Made by a program: the position numbers and the translations under genes | Shown: positions 48,806 to 58,845 of the stretch, piece by piece | Layout: the number at the start of each line of letters is the position of its first letter | How positions within the stretch are numbered: the stretch's first letter is position 1 | Notes under the pieces: generated by a model | Told to the model about the DNA's origin: nothing | What the model saw: only the letters and a program-made list of their open reading frames with translations | Databases searched by the model: none | Assembly: GCA_043825875.1 (NCBI GenBank) | Contig: JBDRRF010000103.1 | Span: 1 to 64,000, forward strand | Length of the DNA: 64,000 nucleotides | Direction: 5' to 3' | From: Pseudomonadota bacterium | GTDB taxonomy: Bacteria; Desulfobacterota; Desulfobacteria; Desulfobacterales; RPRI01

Positions 48806-49717
48806 TCATTTCTGCAAGACCTTCAACAAATTACTGACAGCCTCATTTTCCATGTTTTGCCGACATTCGGCAGTATAAGAACCGATGTGAGGCGTAAGGA
48901 CAACATTTTCATAACTGCAAAGAAGTCCTTCGTAAGGTTCTTTTTCAAAGGTATCGAGCCACGCCCCAGCGACAATCCCTTTATCGAGGGCATTTATGAG
49001 GGCTTTTTCCGATATGATGCTTCCCCTTGCGGCATTAAGAAGCAGTGTGCCGCTCTTCATAAGTGAGAAGGCTGCTGCATCGAAAAGACATTCGTCGCCG
49101 CTGGTGTGGATGGTAATGATATCGGCCTGTGAAAGCGCTTCTTCCATCGGCAATAGTGGACAAGGTAAGGTAAGCGATTTAACCAGGAAAGGATCAACAG
49201 CAATTAGTTGCGCCCGGAAGGGTGCCAGCAATTCCGCCACGCGCCGCCCGATGCGGCCAAAGCCGATAATGGCAATGGTCTTGCCTTCGATCTGCCCCCC
49301 TATTTTTCTTACCCATTTCCGATCATGAAGGGCTTGATGTGATTGCGGAAGCCAACGGAGCAGGGTGACAAGCGCACCCACCGTCAACTCAGCTACAGCG
49401 CTAGTGGGACCATCAGGCGTATTGAAAACCGCTATATTCAGTTCTTTTGCCGCTTCAATATCCACATTGTTCATGCCCGCACCAACCCTGGAAATACATT
49501 TCAAATGTGACTGTGAAAGCACATCGCGATCCAGCGGTTCCAACCCGGCCAAAATGCCTACAACATCTTCTTTCAGGAGCGTGTGCAATTCTTCCCTAGT
49601 CATTTTTCTTTTGAAGCGGTTGTCTATAACAGTGAAACCAGCCGCTAAAAGCCTATCCAAAGGTTTTTTGTCTGATTCGGCAAAGGATGATGGGCCGATG
49701 AGAATCTTTGATGTCAT
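48806..49717 (-). CDS. D-isomer-specific 2-hydroxyacid dehydrogenase (SerA-like, no ACT domain)
   Basis: AVAEL, GFGRIG, NAARG, LD...EP, TPHIGS. Confidence 0.9.
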   Translation of the reverse strand: MTSKILIGPSSFAESDKKPLDRLLAAGFTVIDNRFKRKMTREELHTLLKEDVVGILAGLEPLDRDVLSQSHLKCISRVGAGMNNVDIEAAKELNIAVFNTPDGPTSAVAELTVGALVTLLRWLPQSHQALHDRKWVRKIGGQIEGKTIAIIGFGRIGRRVAELLAPFRAQLIAVDPFLVKSLTLPCPLLPMEEALSQADIITIHTSGDECLFDAAAFSLMKSGTLLLNAARGSIISEKALINALDKGIVAGAWLDTFEKEPYEGLLCSYENVVLTPHIGSYTAECRQNMENEAVSNLLKVLQK

Positions 49718-49746
49718 TTCTGGTAACGCTCCATATTATCCGATAT

Positions 49747-50358
49747 TTATTTCAGCTTTAACTGAAACCAATGGGCCAGAATGTGGTTAAGAACGAGATG
49801 AGCATCCTCCACCGGACCATATTCTCCAGATTCCGATTTCACATGAACAACAACGTCAGAAATTTCCTTTAATTTGCCGCCCGTAAACCCGACAAAACCT
49901 ATGACGCATCCGCCTTGCTTCTTTACCCATTCCGCTGCTAAAACAACGTTGGGAGAATTACCGCTTGCGGAGATAGCTAAGAACTTATCTCCTTGGCGAT
50001 AGTGGATCTTCAGTTGATTCAAGAAAACATACTCATACCCAACATCATTGGCGATTGCCGTCAACACTGATGTGTTGTCGTTCAAGGCAAAAACCCGGAA
50101 AGGTTTTTTCGTACCGGTCTTCTTAATCACATCGAAGCCGAGATCATTGGCCATACTTGTTGCCGTGGTGGCGGATCCGCCATTACCGGCAATAAAGATT
50201 GTGTTCCCGTTCAGCTGCGCCTCTTCAAATGTTGCCACCAAAGAATCGATAGCTTTTGCGTCTATGGCGTCCAGGACTTGCTTTAAATAATTAAAATATC
50301 CTTTGGCAAATTCTCCCGGGCTTATTGATTGATGGGCTAACTGATCGACATGGTTCAT
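49747..50358 (-). CDS. SIS-domain phosphosugar isomerase (GmhA-like)
   Basis: GNGGSA, TAIAND, SASGNSPN, VEDAH. Confidence 0.88.
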   Translation of the reverse strand: MNHVDQLAHQSISPGEFAKGYFNYLKQVLDAIDAKAIDSLVATFEEAQLNGNTIFIAGNGGSATTATSMANDLGFDVIKKTGTKKPFRVFALNDNTSVLTAIANDVGYEYVFLNQLKIHYRQGDKFLAISASGNSPNVVLAAEWVKKQGGCVIGFVGFTGGKLKEISDVVVHVKSESGEYGPVEDAHLVLNHILAHWFQLKLK

Positions 50359-50381
50359 TCTGTGTTTATCTCCTGACTTTT

Positions 50382-51410
50382 TTATATTTTTATATTAAAG
50401 GCTTCTTGCCACGACTGATCGGCACAATAAATCCGATAAACCATTTCCATAACCTTCAGGGCATCTGAGCTGTTGCCGTTATCGACACTTTTATTCTGAA
50501 TGATGACATCTGCAAATTCATTAATCTCATCCCGCCACGAGTTGTCTTCTAAATACAAATTGGTTATTTCGTGAAAAGAACCTTTATCAGATCCATTATT
50601 CCTCGGAACGATTTTTAATTTTTCCTCGCCATAACTTTTCGAGCCGGATAAAATCCCAGTCAACTCAATCAAGGCCTCCCGCAACGTTATCTCCAATCTG
50701 AATTTATGTTGCCACTGCGTCGCCGTTGAATGGATCATGGCCACACAACCATTATTACTTCTCATGATCGCATAGGCATTGTCTTCCACATCATGCCGCC
50801 AATAATCGTTGGAAACAAAACTCTTGATCTCTTCGAAATCCCCGGCAAAGTAGCGTATCATATCCAGCATATGAATGCCCTGGTCAAGCAGGATACCGCC
50901 GCCGGCATATTTTCTTTCGGAACGCCAACCGGAATCGAAGGGAATGATGCTGCTTTTACCATAAATTCCCCGAATATTGATAATCTCTCCATATTGCTTT
51001 GAATCGATAATCTTTTTTGCTTCTGCCACAGAGGCATGGTACCTGTGATTAAAACCATATTTAAGTTTCAATCCCGCGTTTTTAACCTCTACATTGATTA
51101 CGTCTTTGATATCCTGGACACTGCGCCCCGGCGGTTTTTCACAAAAGACATGCAAGCCCTTCTCCAAACCGTCGATGGTGGCTTCTGCAGCAAGATAATT
51201 GGGCAGGCTCACGAAGAGGACATCAAGATTCTGTTCAAAAAGTTTGTGGTATTTATCAAAACAAGACACTCCATCCGGTAGAACTCCATCACCTGCAAAA
51301 CTCACATCACTCACGGCAACCGTGGTTAAATATGGATTTGCGTCAATGAAGGCCTTTCGCCTCTTGCCAACCACACCGTAACCGGCTATTCCTACCTTTA
51401 ATTTTTCCAT
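50382..51410 (-). CDS. Gfo/Idh/MocA-family oxidoreductase
   Basis: GYGVVG, HVFCEKP, GFNHR, GGILLDQGIH. Confidence 0.92.
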   Translation of the reverse strand: MEKLKVGIAGYGVVGKRRKAFIDANPYLTTVAVSDVSFAGDGVLPDGVSCFDKYHKLFEQNLDVLFVSLPNYLAAEATIDGLEKGLHVFCEKPPGRSVQDIKDVINVEVKNAGLKLKYGFNHRYHASVAEAKKIIDSKQYGEIINIRGIYGKSSIIPFDSGWRSERKYAGGGILLDQGIHMLDMIRYFAGDFEEIKSFVSNDYWRHDVEDNAYAIMRSNNGCVAMIHSTATQWQHKFRLEITLREALIELTGILSGSKSYGEEKLKIVPRNNGSDKGSFHEITNLYLEDNSWRDEINEFADVIIQNKSVDNGNSSDALKVMEMVYRIYCADQSWQEAFNIKI

Positions 51411-51414
51411 TTTT

Positions 51415-52398
51415 TTAATTTTTCTGCGCTATGACTCTCATGTGCGAGCTGAAATTATGTCTACCTATCCAGGACTGGAGATCTTTCTTAGCCTGAGCTG
51501 AGCCGTATTTGGAGACCGTGCTGAAAAAACGGCCGGGGTCAAGCGATTCCTGACGATAACCACTCTCAACGATATCCCAATCCAACTGTCCCGGTGTTGA
51601 GACTTCGATCAAGGTAAATCCCATTTTTTCAAGCATCAGGCGAATGGATTGGGTATTGAAAAAATTGAGGTGATGGGGCGGCATCACGCTTTTTGATCTT
51701 TCCCATAACAGTTGAATGTCAAATCCTAATCCATTCAATGTGGTCAGATACAAATAACCGCCCACATTGAGAAACTGCGAGACTTTCCTGACAAAGGCGG
51801 AAGGATCGTGGAGATGTTCGAATAACTCAAAGGCCGTCAACAAATCGAATTTATGACAATTAGGATCGATATTTTCCATTGTTGATTCTATGACGGCTAA
51901 ACCTCTGTCTCTGCAAATTTTTGCCATATCAATCGATGGCTCTATCGCTATAATATTTGAATCAGGCCAAATTTTTTTCAATTCCTCCGGAAAGATGCCG
52001 AAGCCTGCGCCAATATCACCAATGATTCCTGCTTGTAATTGAGGAAATTTCTCAGTGATGTATTGCGCCCGTGGCTTGAAGATTTTTTCCCGGCGGGCCT
52101 CGGCCATCGGGAGGAAGAATTCCTCAACCCAGAATTTTGTGGATAAAGAATCAGTGTAAATCTGCATTAAGTTTTCGTACGTCGGCCTTGGATTGACAAA
52201 GAGAGTATCACATTTTGAGCACTGGACGTAATGAAATCCCGATTTGTCAAATTGCGCCACATTGTGATCGCACCCGCAGGCAGGGCAGCAAATGGTCTGA
52301 AATGTTGATTTATCCCGAAAGACAACCTCAGCGTCGATTTCTACCAATTTGAGATATCGATTAAAGACATCCCTTTTTCTTATTTCATCTTCTTTCAT
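51415..52398 (-). CDS. Class I SAM-dependent methyltransferase with N-terminal Zn ribbon
   Basis: CPACG...CSKC, DIGAGFG, FELFEH, PPHHLN. Confidence 0.85.
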   Translation of the reverse strand: MKEDEIRKRDVFNRYLKLVEIDAEVVFRDKSTFQTICCPACGCDHNVAQFDKSGFHYVQCSKCDTLFVNPRPTYENLMQIYTDSLSTKFWVEEFFLPMAEARREKIFKPRAQYITEKFPQLQAGIIGDIGAGFGIFPEELKKIWPDSNIIAIEPSIDMAKICRDRGLAVIESTMENIDPNCHKFDLLTAFELFEHLHDPSAFVRKVSQFLNVGGYLYLTTLNGLGFDIQLLWERSKSVMPPHHLNFFNTQSIRLMLEKMGFTLIEVSTPGQLDWDIVESGYRQESLDPGRFFSTVSKYGSAQAKKDLQSWIGRHNFSSHMRVIAQKN

Positions 52399-52405
52399 TC
52401 TTGCT

Positions 52406-53179
52406 CTATACCTTTAGGTATTTTGCAACAAGAGGATCTCTTTTCAGTTGCTCTTCTACAAATGTAATATCTCCAGGAACATCAACCCCGTATGATTTGA
52501 ATTTGGTCTTAACCATTTTAATTCTTCTGCCATGTTCCAGGAGTCTGTTCATATCAACAGATTCGATTATTTCTAATGGCGTCGGTGATAAATTGATGTA
52601 TTCTAAAAGTAGGTTTTTTTCGAAAAGAATGATGCCGAGCTGCTTCCACATAGGTAAAACACCACTATAATTTCGTTTTGACGGTATAGGTTCTCTGGAA
52701 AAATACAAAACAAAATCATTCAAATCCAAAACGACCTTGATGATATTGTAGTTGTTGAATTCTTCTTCCGTTTCAATTTTGTTGATCAGGTTTGTAATCT
52801 TTAATGTCGGATCATTGATCACCGGGTTAATAAGATCGTTAATCATGCCCGGCATCAGCATGGGCTCATCGCCCTGAATCATTGCGACATAGTCAACCGC
52901 AACGTTCTCTTTCTGCTCAATATTAACGATGGCCTCTGCCGCCCGATCCGAGGCGCGCTGGTGCGAATCGGCCGTCATGACCGCCTTGCCGCCAATAAAG
53001 TTTATATAGTTAAATATTTCCTCATCACAAGTGGCCACCCACACATCGTCAAGGTGGGAGCACATTTTTGCGCGAAAATAAACATGACCAATCATAGGCA
53101 TACCAAGGATAGGGGCCATAGGCTTATTGGGAAAACGGGATGCTGCTAAGCGTGCTGGTATAATAGCTGTAATATTCAT
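52406..53179 (-). CDS. KdsB-like cytidylyltransferase (CMP-ulosonate synthetase family)
   Basis: IIPARLAASRFPNKP, QGDEP, YFSREPIP, ESVDMNR, VDVP. Confidence 0.88.
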   Translation of the reverse strand: MNITAIIPARLAASRFPNKPMAPILGMPMIGHVYFRAKMCSHLDDVWVATCDEEIFNYINFIGGKAVMTADSHQRASDRAAEAIVNIEQKENVAVDYVAMIQGDEPMLMPGMINDLINPVINDPTLKITNLINKIETEEEFNNYNIIKVVLDLNDFVLYFSREPIPSKRNYSGVLPMWKQLGIILFEKNLLLEYINLSPTPLEIIESVDMNRLLEHGRRIKMVKTKFKSYGVDVPGDITFVEEQLKRDPLVAKYLKV

Positions 53180-53516
53180 AACACTTCTTCGTTTATGTTT
53201 CTGAGCCAATATAAGAATCTGACCCATTGCCACTGCAGTTTAGTTGGCCGGTTTTAATCGATATATCCATATTTCCCTTGCTGTGACAATTACTTGACCT
53301 CTACAAGGGAGAAGACCTACAAAATTTTGTCTCATACCAATTAGTTTTCAAACACTAAATAATATTTCAACTGATTTATAATAATAACTGGAAGATAAGC
53401 ATCATAATAGTTTAATATGTGAAAGCGTATTGGTATCATGTTGTTGAAGGGGAAATCATATGTGCCTTTTTGCATACCACGAAGTCAAAAAGTTACACAA
53501 AATATCCAAAAAAAAT

Positions 53517-54125
53517 TTATGGAAACTTAAAATAATGTTTAGAAAAATTTATTAATTTTCTACTGCCAATCACTCTGGCTGGATTACTTGTAACAATTGA
53601 ATATGGAGGGAAAACACCTGAAACAAATGAGCCTGCAGCTATAATCGAACCATAACCAATTTTTGTGCCGGTTAGTATAATGCAGTTCGCCCCAATCCAA
53701 ACATCACCCTCTATAACTATACTTGCTTCCTCTTTATCTTCACTAAATACCTTCTTTGCAAGATGACCTTGGTGGATGAAGGGTGTAGTTGAATCAGAAT
53801 AGTCATGGTTTGAAGCTCTTATGAAAACCCCGCTCGCTATGTGCACGTCGGCCCCTATTATTATGCCAAAGCTATCATTAGGATCAAGAATAGAGTTACG
53901 TCCAATCGAAAACGAGTCACCAATTTTCAGTTTAGCATCATTGTAGATAAAAGTATTTGGGGAAATATGCGGATTCTTGCCGAGATTACCGCTTAATTTC
54001 ATTCTGAAATAGGATTCTCTTAATTGTCGGCCAATTCTCGTTTCAGGGTAAAAGATTACGAATACTTCAATCAGCCCAACTATTTCATCCTTTATAGATC
54101 TTAGAATACGTCTAATCATCATCAA
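53517..54125 (-). CDS. Hexapeptide-repeat acyltransferase
   Basis: IEGDVWIGANCIILTGTKIGYGSIIAAGS, NPAR. Confidence 0.9.
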   Translation of the reverse strand: MMMIRRILRSIKDEIVGLIEVFVIFYPETRIGRQLRESYFRMKLSGNLGKNPHISPNTFIYNDAKLKIGDSFSIGRNSILDPNDSFGIIIGADVHIASGVFIRASNHDYSDSTTPFIHQGHLAKKVFSEDKEEASIVIEGDVWIGANCIILTGTKIGYGSIIAAGSFVSGVFPPYSIVTSNPARVIGSRKLINFSKHYFKFP

Positions 54126-55734
54126 TGACCACCATGTCTTTAATGTTTCGCAATTGTTCTGATATGTCAGACGAATGACTAAAGCAGCTTAGATTATCTT
54201 CTCTGGTGATCTTGTCAATTATATGCTGATAGTAAGATATTTGTTCCCAAGAAAATGATCTGCTTCTGAGATAAATTAGATACCAAAGCCCAAGATCCGA
54301 ATCAACATATAGACAATTATTGATTTTATCATGCATATATAGTTTCATTCTTGATGCTTCATCACTTGACATCGTCTCATGAATCCATTTAAATCCTTCA
54401 CCTTCAAGTCCATATTTTCCCCTCTGCAAATGAACAGGTGAATTATGGAGATAATAAAATTCCTTGAGCGAATAATAATCGAGACCGGATCGATTTATGA
54501 AGTTTATCGTGTTATTAATTGTATTTTCTGTTTCCATTGGAAATCCTACTATAAACGATGCAAAAGTAGTTATTCCGTGCTTTTTTATGGACTCAATGCC
54601 CTTTTCATAGTTGCCAATATTGGCTTTTTTGTTCATCCGCATAAGGATATCATTATCGCCCGATTCTAATCCAAGGTATACTCCATCACATCCAGAATCC
54701 GCCATTTCAGCAGCAATCTCGTCGGTGATAAACTGTGCTCTAAGGAAAGCATACCATTTAAAATTATGATTATTTAGCCTTTCGAGCAATGTTGAGAAAA
54801 ATCTTCTTGAAGCATTCAACGTGTCATCTATGAAAACCAAATTTTTTATACCAGCGTCCTCTAAAGTAATAAGTGTTTTTTCGATAAAATCATTTTCTGA
54901 GCACTGAAATTGACTAGCCATCGAAGGGTAACTACAAAAAGCACACTTAAAAGGACACCCTATAGAAACACGTAATTGTATGATATTATTATGGAAAATA
55001 GAAATTGACCTTCTAAATACTTCGGGATCAAACCAGGGATTTTGAGCGACATCATGGCATCTGTTATTATGAAAGACACCTTGGTCATCCAAGTAAACAA
55101 GATTCTTGATACTCCCGAACTCTGATTGCTTATTTATTAAGGTATTATAAATTTGTACAATTGCGGTATCGGCATCATTTCCATGCAGGATGAATCTAAT
55201 ACCATATTTTTTCATGGATTTTTCAAAAGACGCGAATCCCTTCATCCGGTTCTGGTTATGAACAAAAGCCCCTCCGAGAATAAATATTACATATGGAAAG
55301 TCTTTTAATATTTGTTTTGTTATTCTCTTAATTTCAGACCATTGTAAAATGAAAGTGGTCGATATGCCTACTATCTGGATATCAGTGTCCGATAAGAGAT
55401 TCTTTAGCACATCATATTCAGCATCAAAATCGTTTATTATGTTACATTCCACGCCCTCCATAAGCAGATGCTGGATCGATAATATCCCATTCAGTGACGG
55501 CATATTCCAGATGGAAAAAAATTTACGCCTTTCAGAATAGGATGCCTCGCTGAAATATTTTCCAAAGTAAATACGGTTGAGTACATCCAAATGAGTTCTA
55601 AAGCCGTTTTCATAATATACCATCCTAAGCTGGACAAGATGCCTGTATAGCTCAATTCGATTTATATCGAGATCTTTATAACCCTCTTGTACGTTCTCAG
55701 AAGATGAAATTATTATAAATGGTGATTTTTTCAT
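54112..55734 (-). CDS. Class B (cobalamin-dependent) radical SAM protein, PhpK-like
   Basis: VGISTTF and ILGGA B12-type region; GCPFKCAFCSYP; FIDDTLN; GVYLGLESG; YGLEGEGFKWIHETM C-terminal segment. Confidence 0.7.
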   Translation of the reverse strand: MKKSPFIIISSSENVQEGYKDLDINRIELYRHLVQLRMVYYENGFRTHLDVLNRIYFGKYFSEASYSERRKFFSIWNMPSLNGILSIQHLLMEGVECNIINDFDAEYDVLKNLLSDTDIQIVGISTTFILQWSEIKRITKQILKDFPYVIFILGGAFVHNQNRMKGFASFEKSMKKYGIRFILHGNDADTAIVQIYNTLINKQSEFGSIKNLVYLDDQGVFHNNRCHDVAQNPWFDPEVFRRSISIFHNNIIQLRVSIGCPFKCAFCSYPSMASQFQCSENDFIEKTLITLEDAGIKNLVFIDDTLNASRRFFSTLLERLNNHNFKWYAFLRAQFITDEIAAEMADSGCDGVYLGLESGDNDILMRMNKKANIGNYEKGIESIKKHGITTFASFIVGFPMETENTINNTINFINRSGLDYYSLKEFYYLHNSPVHLQRGKYGLEGEGFKWIHETMSSDEASRMKLYMHDKINNCLYVDSDLGLWYLIYLRSRSFSWEQISYYQHIIDKITREDNLSCFSHSSDISEQLRNIKDMVVIDDD

Positions 55735-55976
55735 TTGGGGTTAATTTTTTTCATCAGATAATCTACAAACTGCCCAACATTCTGGATTTCCATTACATCC
55801 TCAGTTTTGAATGCAACATTAAACTTTCGCTCAATTGCAAGAAGCAACTGAATATGCATGAGTGAATCCCATTCTTCAATATCGTTAGCTGTCATCTCAT
55901 CGAATATTTCTATGGAGTTATCATCGAATACTTCTCTAAATATTGATTGTAAATCACGCTTGACACTGTCCCGCAT
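55731..55976 (-). CDS. Acyl carrier protein
   Basis: 81 aa, acidic, WDSLMH phosphopantetheine motif. Confidence 0.92.
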   Translation of the reverse strand: MRDSVKRDLQSIFREVFDDNSIEIFDEMTANDIEEWDSLMHIQLLLAIERKFNVAFKTEDVMEIQNVGQFVDYLMKKINPK

Positions 55977-57873
55977 AGTGGTTCTCCCTTGTATTATTAT
56001 TTTTTTTCATATCTTCTATAACATGTTTCTTATAAACAATATCCCCCATTTTGATTGAATAAAAAATGCCACCCCCTGATAACTTGCTAAGTTCAGATGG
56101 AATATCTTTTAACGGCTTGAATCCAAGGGAGGGTAGAAATTCATTGACAACTTTGTTTTTCTCTGTTGGAATAAACTCTCCTACGATGCAAGATATTTCA
56201 TTCCATGTTTTTACTTTTTCAGTGATTTTATTGAACATAGCATGCTCAACACCCTTGTTAAAGGCTCTGCAACTCAAGACCCAAGTATCGATAAATGCCA
56301 TGTTCTTTAACTTCCTTAAAATTAAGCAAGTTATAATTCCAAAATTGCTAAATTTGTCCTTGAGTTCACCTAAAAGAAGAATAAATTGTGATGCATCATT
56401 CATTATTTTTTGAATATCACCTTTGCTATATCTTTTTGTTCTCAGATTGAATTGGTTTGTTTTGTTAATAAGTTGGACAAATCTTGCCAAGCTCTGTTCA
56501 GAAGGCTCATTGATCCTGATCTCCATTTCAAGTGATTTTAGAAAAGAATTATAATCTGTGTGTTCCTTCCTGATCTCTTCACGCTGGTAGTTTGTTACAT
56601 ATGTTTCAGTCCGCTCAATATCCTCCTTTGTAAGTTGAATCCAATCAAAATAAGCACCCCTATCAAGGATTTTTGTATAATACGCTGGTTCATCATCCAC
56701 AGGGACAACAGTCACTTCTGGCAGGTATCTCTTTACAAGCTCTCTTTCTGCTGGATTGTCATCAAAGAAAACTAAAGAATCAATCCCAATATTTAACTGC
56801 TTGGCGATGCTTCTTATGTTACTGACCTTGTCATCCCAGTTGGCCACAAAACAACAAATATCATCGAGTTTGAGAATCATCTGTTCATGTTTGAGAAAAG
56901 GAATCTTAGCCATATCCTCGTTATTTTTACTGCAAACCGCGAGCATTACACCCCTTTCTCTGAGCTTTTTTATATATTTCTGAAATGAGAGATATGCCTC
57001 ACCAACCGCATTATTAGGGTCTAAATTTATTCCCTCAATACCATCATCACCTATAACACCGCCCCATAGGGTGTTATCCAAATCTAAAATAAGGCATTTG
57101 TTGACCTTGCCTGACGCTGAAGCAACAAGCGATGAAAACAAATTGGCCAAATGAGGAATCGCATCGAAACTAAAACCTTGCTTACTAAGAAAGTAATTCT
57201 TATCATCAAACCATTTGTCCTTACCATAGAGAGCTGAATGATAATCCATATCTATCAGATTAATATGCATAGGTTTATTTGCTATAAGTTGGTAGTTGAA
57301 AAGCTTGATGCAAGATGTCTGAGTGAAGATATAATTAGATTCAAGATTACCTATCGGCATTTCAGCGGGTATTGCATACAGCGTCTGAAATAAAGTTGAT
57401 ATTTTTGATCCTTTAAGTCTATCCCAAAGTCGAATCCAATCGGATATTTTATTTTCCGACCACACATCAACACTTTTTTTTGAGGAAAATAAAGGAGGAT
57501 ATTCCTTTATGTCTCGATAATCCGTCAAAATAAAAAGTATATCAGGATCAAATTTATATAAACCTGAATCGGGATTTAATATTTCATATTCAGTGTTATT
57601 GAAGATCCCCTCGTAAAATTCTGGCTGTATTGCTTTATTCAAGAGAAATAACTTAAATACATATTGAAAATGCTGAGTAGAATACGAGGCCAAAATGGCG
57701 ATCTTTTTATAAACCAACTTGTTTCTGTGTTTTGAGATATACAAATCTTCAATCTTTGAGAATTTCTTATAAAGTGTTAGGAGATCAGAGATATCTCTAT
57801 TTGAGAAAAAATCTCTTTTATCAAATTCTCTTTCAAAATAAGCCATTCTTTCATTTACATCATTCATGTTCAT
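55954..57873 (-). CDS. FkbH-like HAD-IIIC glyceryl-ACP transferase/phosphatase
   Basis: LDLDNTLWGG, SKNN, FFDDNPAE, KTNQFNL, LSCR. Confidence 0.92.
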   Translation of the reverse strand: MNMNDVNERMAYFEREFDKRDFFSNRDISDLLTLYKKFSKIEDLYISKHRNKLVYKKIAILASYSTQHFQYVFKLFLLNKAIQPEFYEGIFNNTEYEILNPDSGLYKFDPDILFILTDYRDIKEYPPLFSSKKSVDVWSENKISDWIRLWDRLKGSKISTLFQTLYAIPAEMPIGNLESNYIFTQTSCIKLFNYQLIANKPMHINLIDMDYHSALYGKDKWFDDKNYFLSKQGFSFDAIPHLANLFSSLVASASGKVNKCLILDLDNTLWGGVIGDDGIEGINLDPNNAVGEAYLSFQKYIKKLRERGVMLAVCSKNNEDMAKIPFLKHEQMILKLDDICCFVANWDDKVSNIRSIAKQLNIGIDSLVFFDDNPAERELVKRYLPEVTVVPVDDEPAYYTKILDRGAYFDWIQLTKEDIERTETYVTNYQREEIRKEHTDYNSFLKSLEMEIRINEPSEQSLARFVQLINKTNQFNLRTKRYSKGDIQKIMNDASQFILLLGELKDKFSNFGIITCLILRKLKNMAFIDTWVLSCRAFNKGVEHAMFNKITEKVKTWNEISCIVGEFIPTEKNKVVNEFLPSLGFKPLKDIPSELSKLSGGGIFYSIKMGDIVYKKHVIEDMKKNNNTRENHYAGQCQA

Positions 57874-58292
57874 ATTTTTATCTCTACCATCTCTTTTACT
57901 TGGCATTTCCCCTGTGCGATTGTTACTTTTTTCCCATTAGTAAAAGTCAACTTCAGTTCGGCAACTTTTAGTGCAATCGAGATATTTTCCATGATCCCTA
58001 GCAACTGGATTTTATCACCTGGATGAAAGGGATGCCTATAAAGGATGTTTTGCGAAATAAGCATTACTTTATATTTTCTCATCTCAACGCCAACCAATGA
58101 AGATATCATTAAACCGAGAAGGTTGCCATAACATACTATATTTCTGAATCCATATAATTTTGAATAGTTAGGGTCGATATGAATTGGATTATCGTCTAAA
58201 GATATTTCTCTAAACTTATTCATAATATCTATTGTTATTACCATATTCCAATGAAACTCTTGTCCTATTTTAAGCATCTCAATCATATACAA
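57870..58292 (-). CDS. MaoC-like hot-dog-fold dehydratase
   Basis: S.DDNPIHID...G..IV.YG hydratase motif. Confidence 0.8.
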   Translation of the reverse strand: MYMIEMLKIGQEFHWNMVITIDIMNKFREISLDDNPIHIDPNYSKLYGFRNIVCYGNLLGLMISSLVGVEMRKYKVMLISQNILYRHPFHPGDKIQLLGIMENISIALKVAELKLTFTNGKKVTIAQGKCQVKEMVEIKI

Positions 58293-58364
58293 TTATTCTC
58301 ATATCCATATAAATAACTACTAATACGCGCCAATAATTATGTGAGGATAGCTGCTAAACCCATC

Positions 58365-58704
58365 CTACAACTACATCAAGTATTCGAATATCGATGCTAT
58401 AAGCAATAAATCGGTATCCTTCTTCTCTTCGCTGTTGAAGCTGCATTACCTCCGGCTCAACAATATGGATGCACGTAGCTTTACCCGATGCACCCCCAAC
58501 TGATTCTTATAGTGGCCATTACCTTTTGCATAAAGCGAATGCGATTAATAATCCGTGATGCCTAATGATCTGGAGAGCTCGTAAGAACCGACAATAAACC
58601 CGTCGACACTATCAACGACAGACTTTCAGCAAGATTATCAACAGGCTTGGATATGTTCAATCTGAACACAGTGGCTTCATGACTTAGCCAATCCTTATAT
58701 GCTT
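58365..58704 (-). pseudogene. Degenerate 3' half of an HpcH/HpaI aldolase gene
   Basis: Nucleotide similarity to 59888-60230 (e.g. GCTTGGATATGTTCAATCTG, GGCTTCATGACT.AGCCAATCCTTATATGCTT) with indels. Confidence 0.85.
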
Positions 58705-58845
58705 AGAATGAAATCAACAAGTCCAACAGGTTCTCTAACAGCTTTTTCATACAATCATTCTTACCATATAGATTCATCTGCCGTTCATCCTTTTCCAAGT
58801 CCGCCGACGTATGACACGGTCAAAACATCAGCTACTTTCTTAGCA

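Noticed and set aside
46963..49717. Housekeeping aroB, fabG and serA
   Set aside because: Embedded in the polysaccharide cluster with no shikimate, fatty-acid or serine neighbours; the SerA-like protein lacks the ACT domain.
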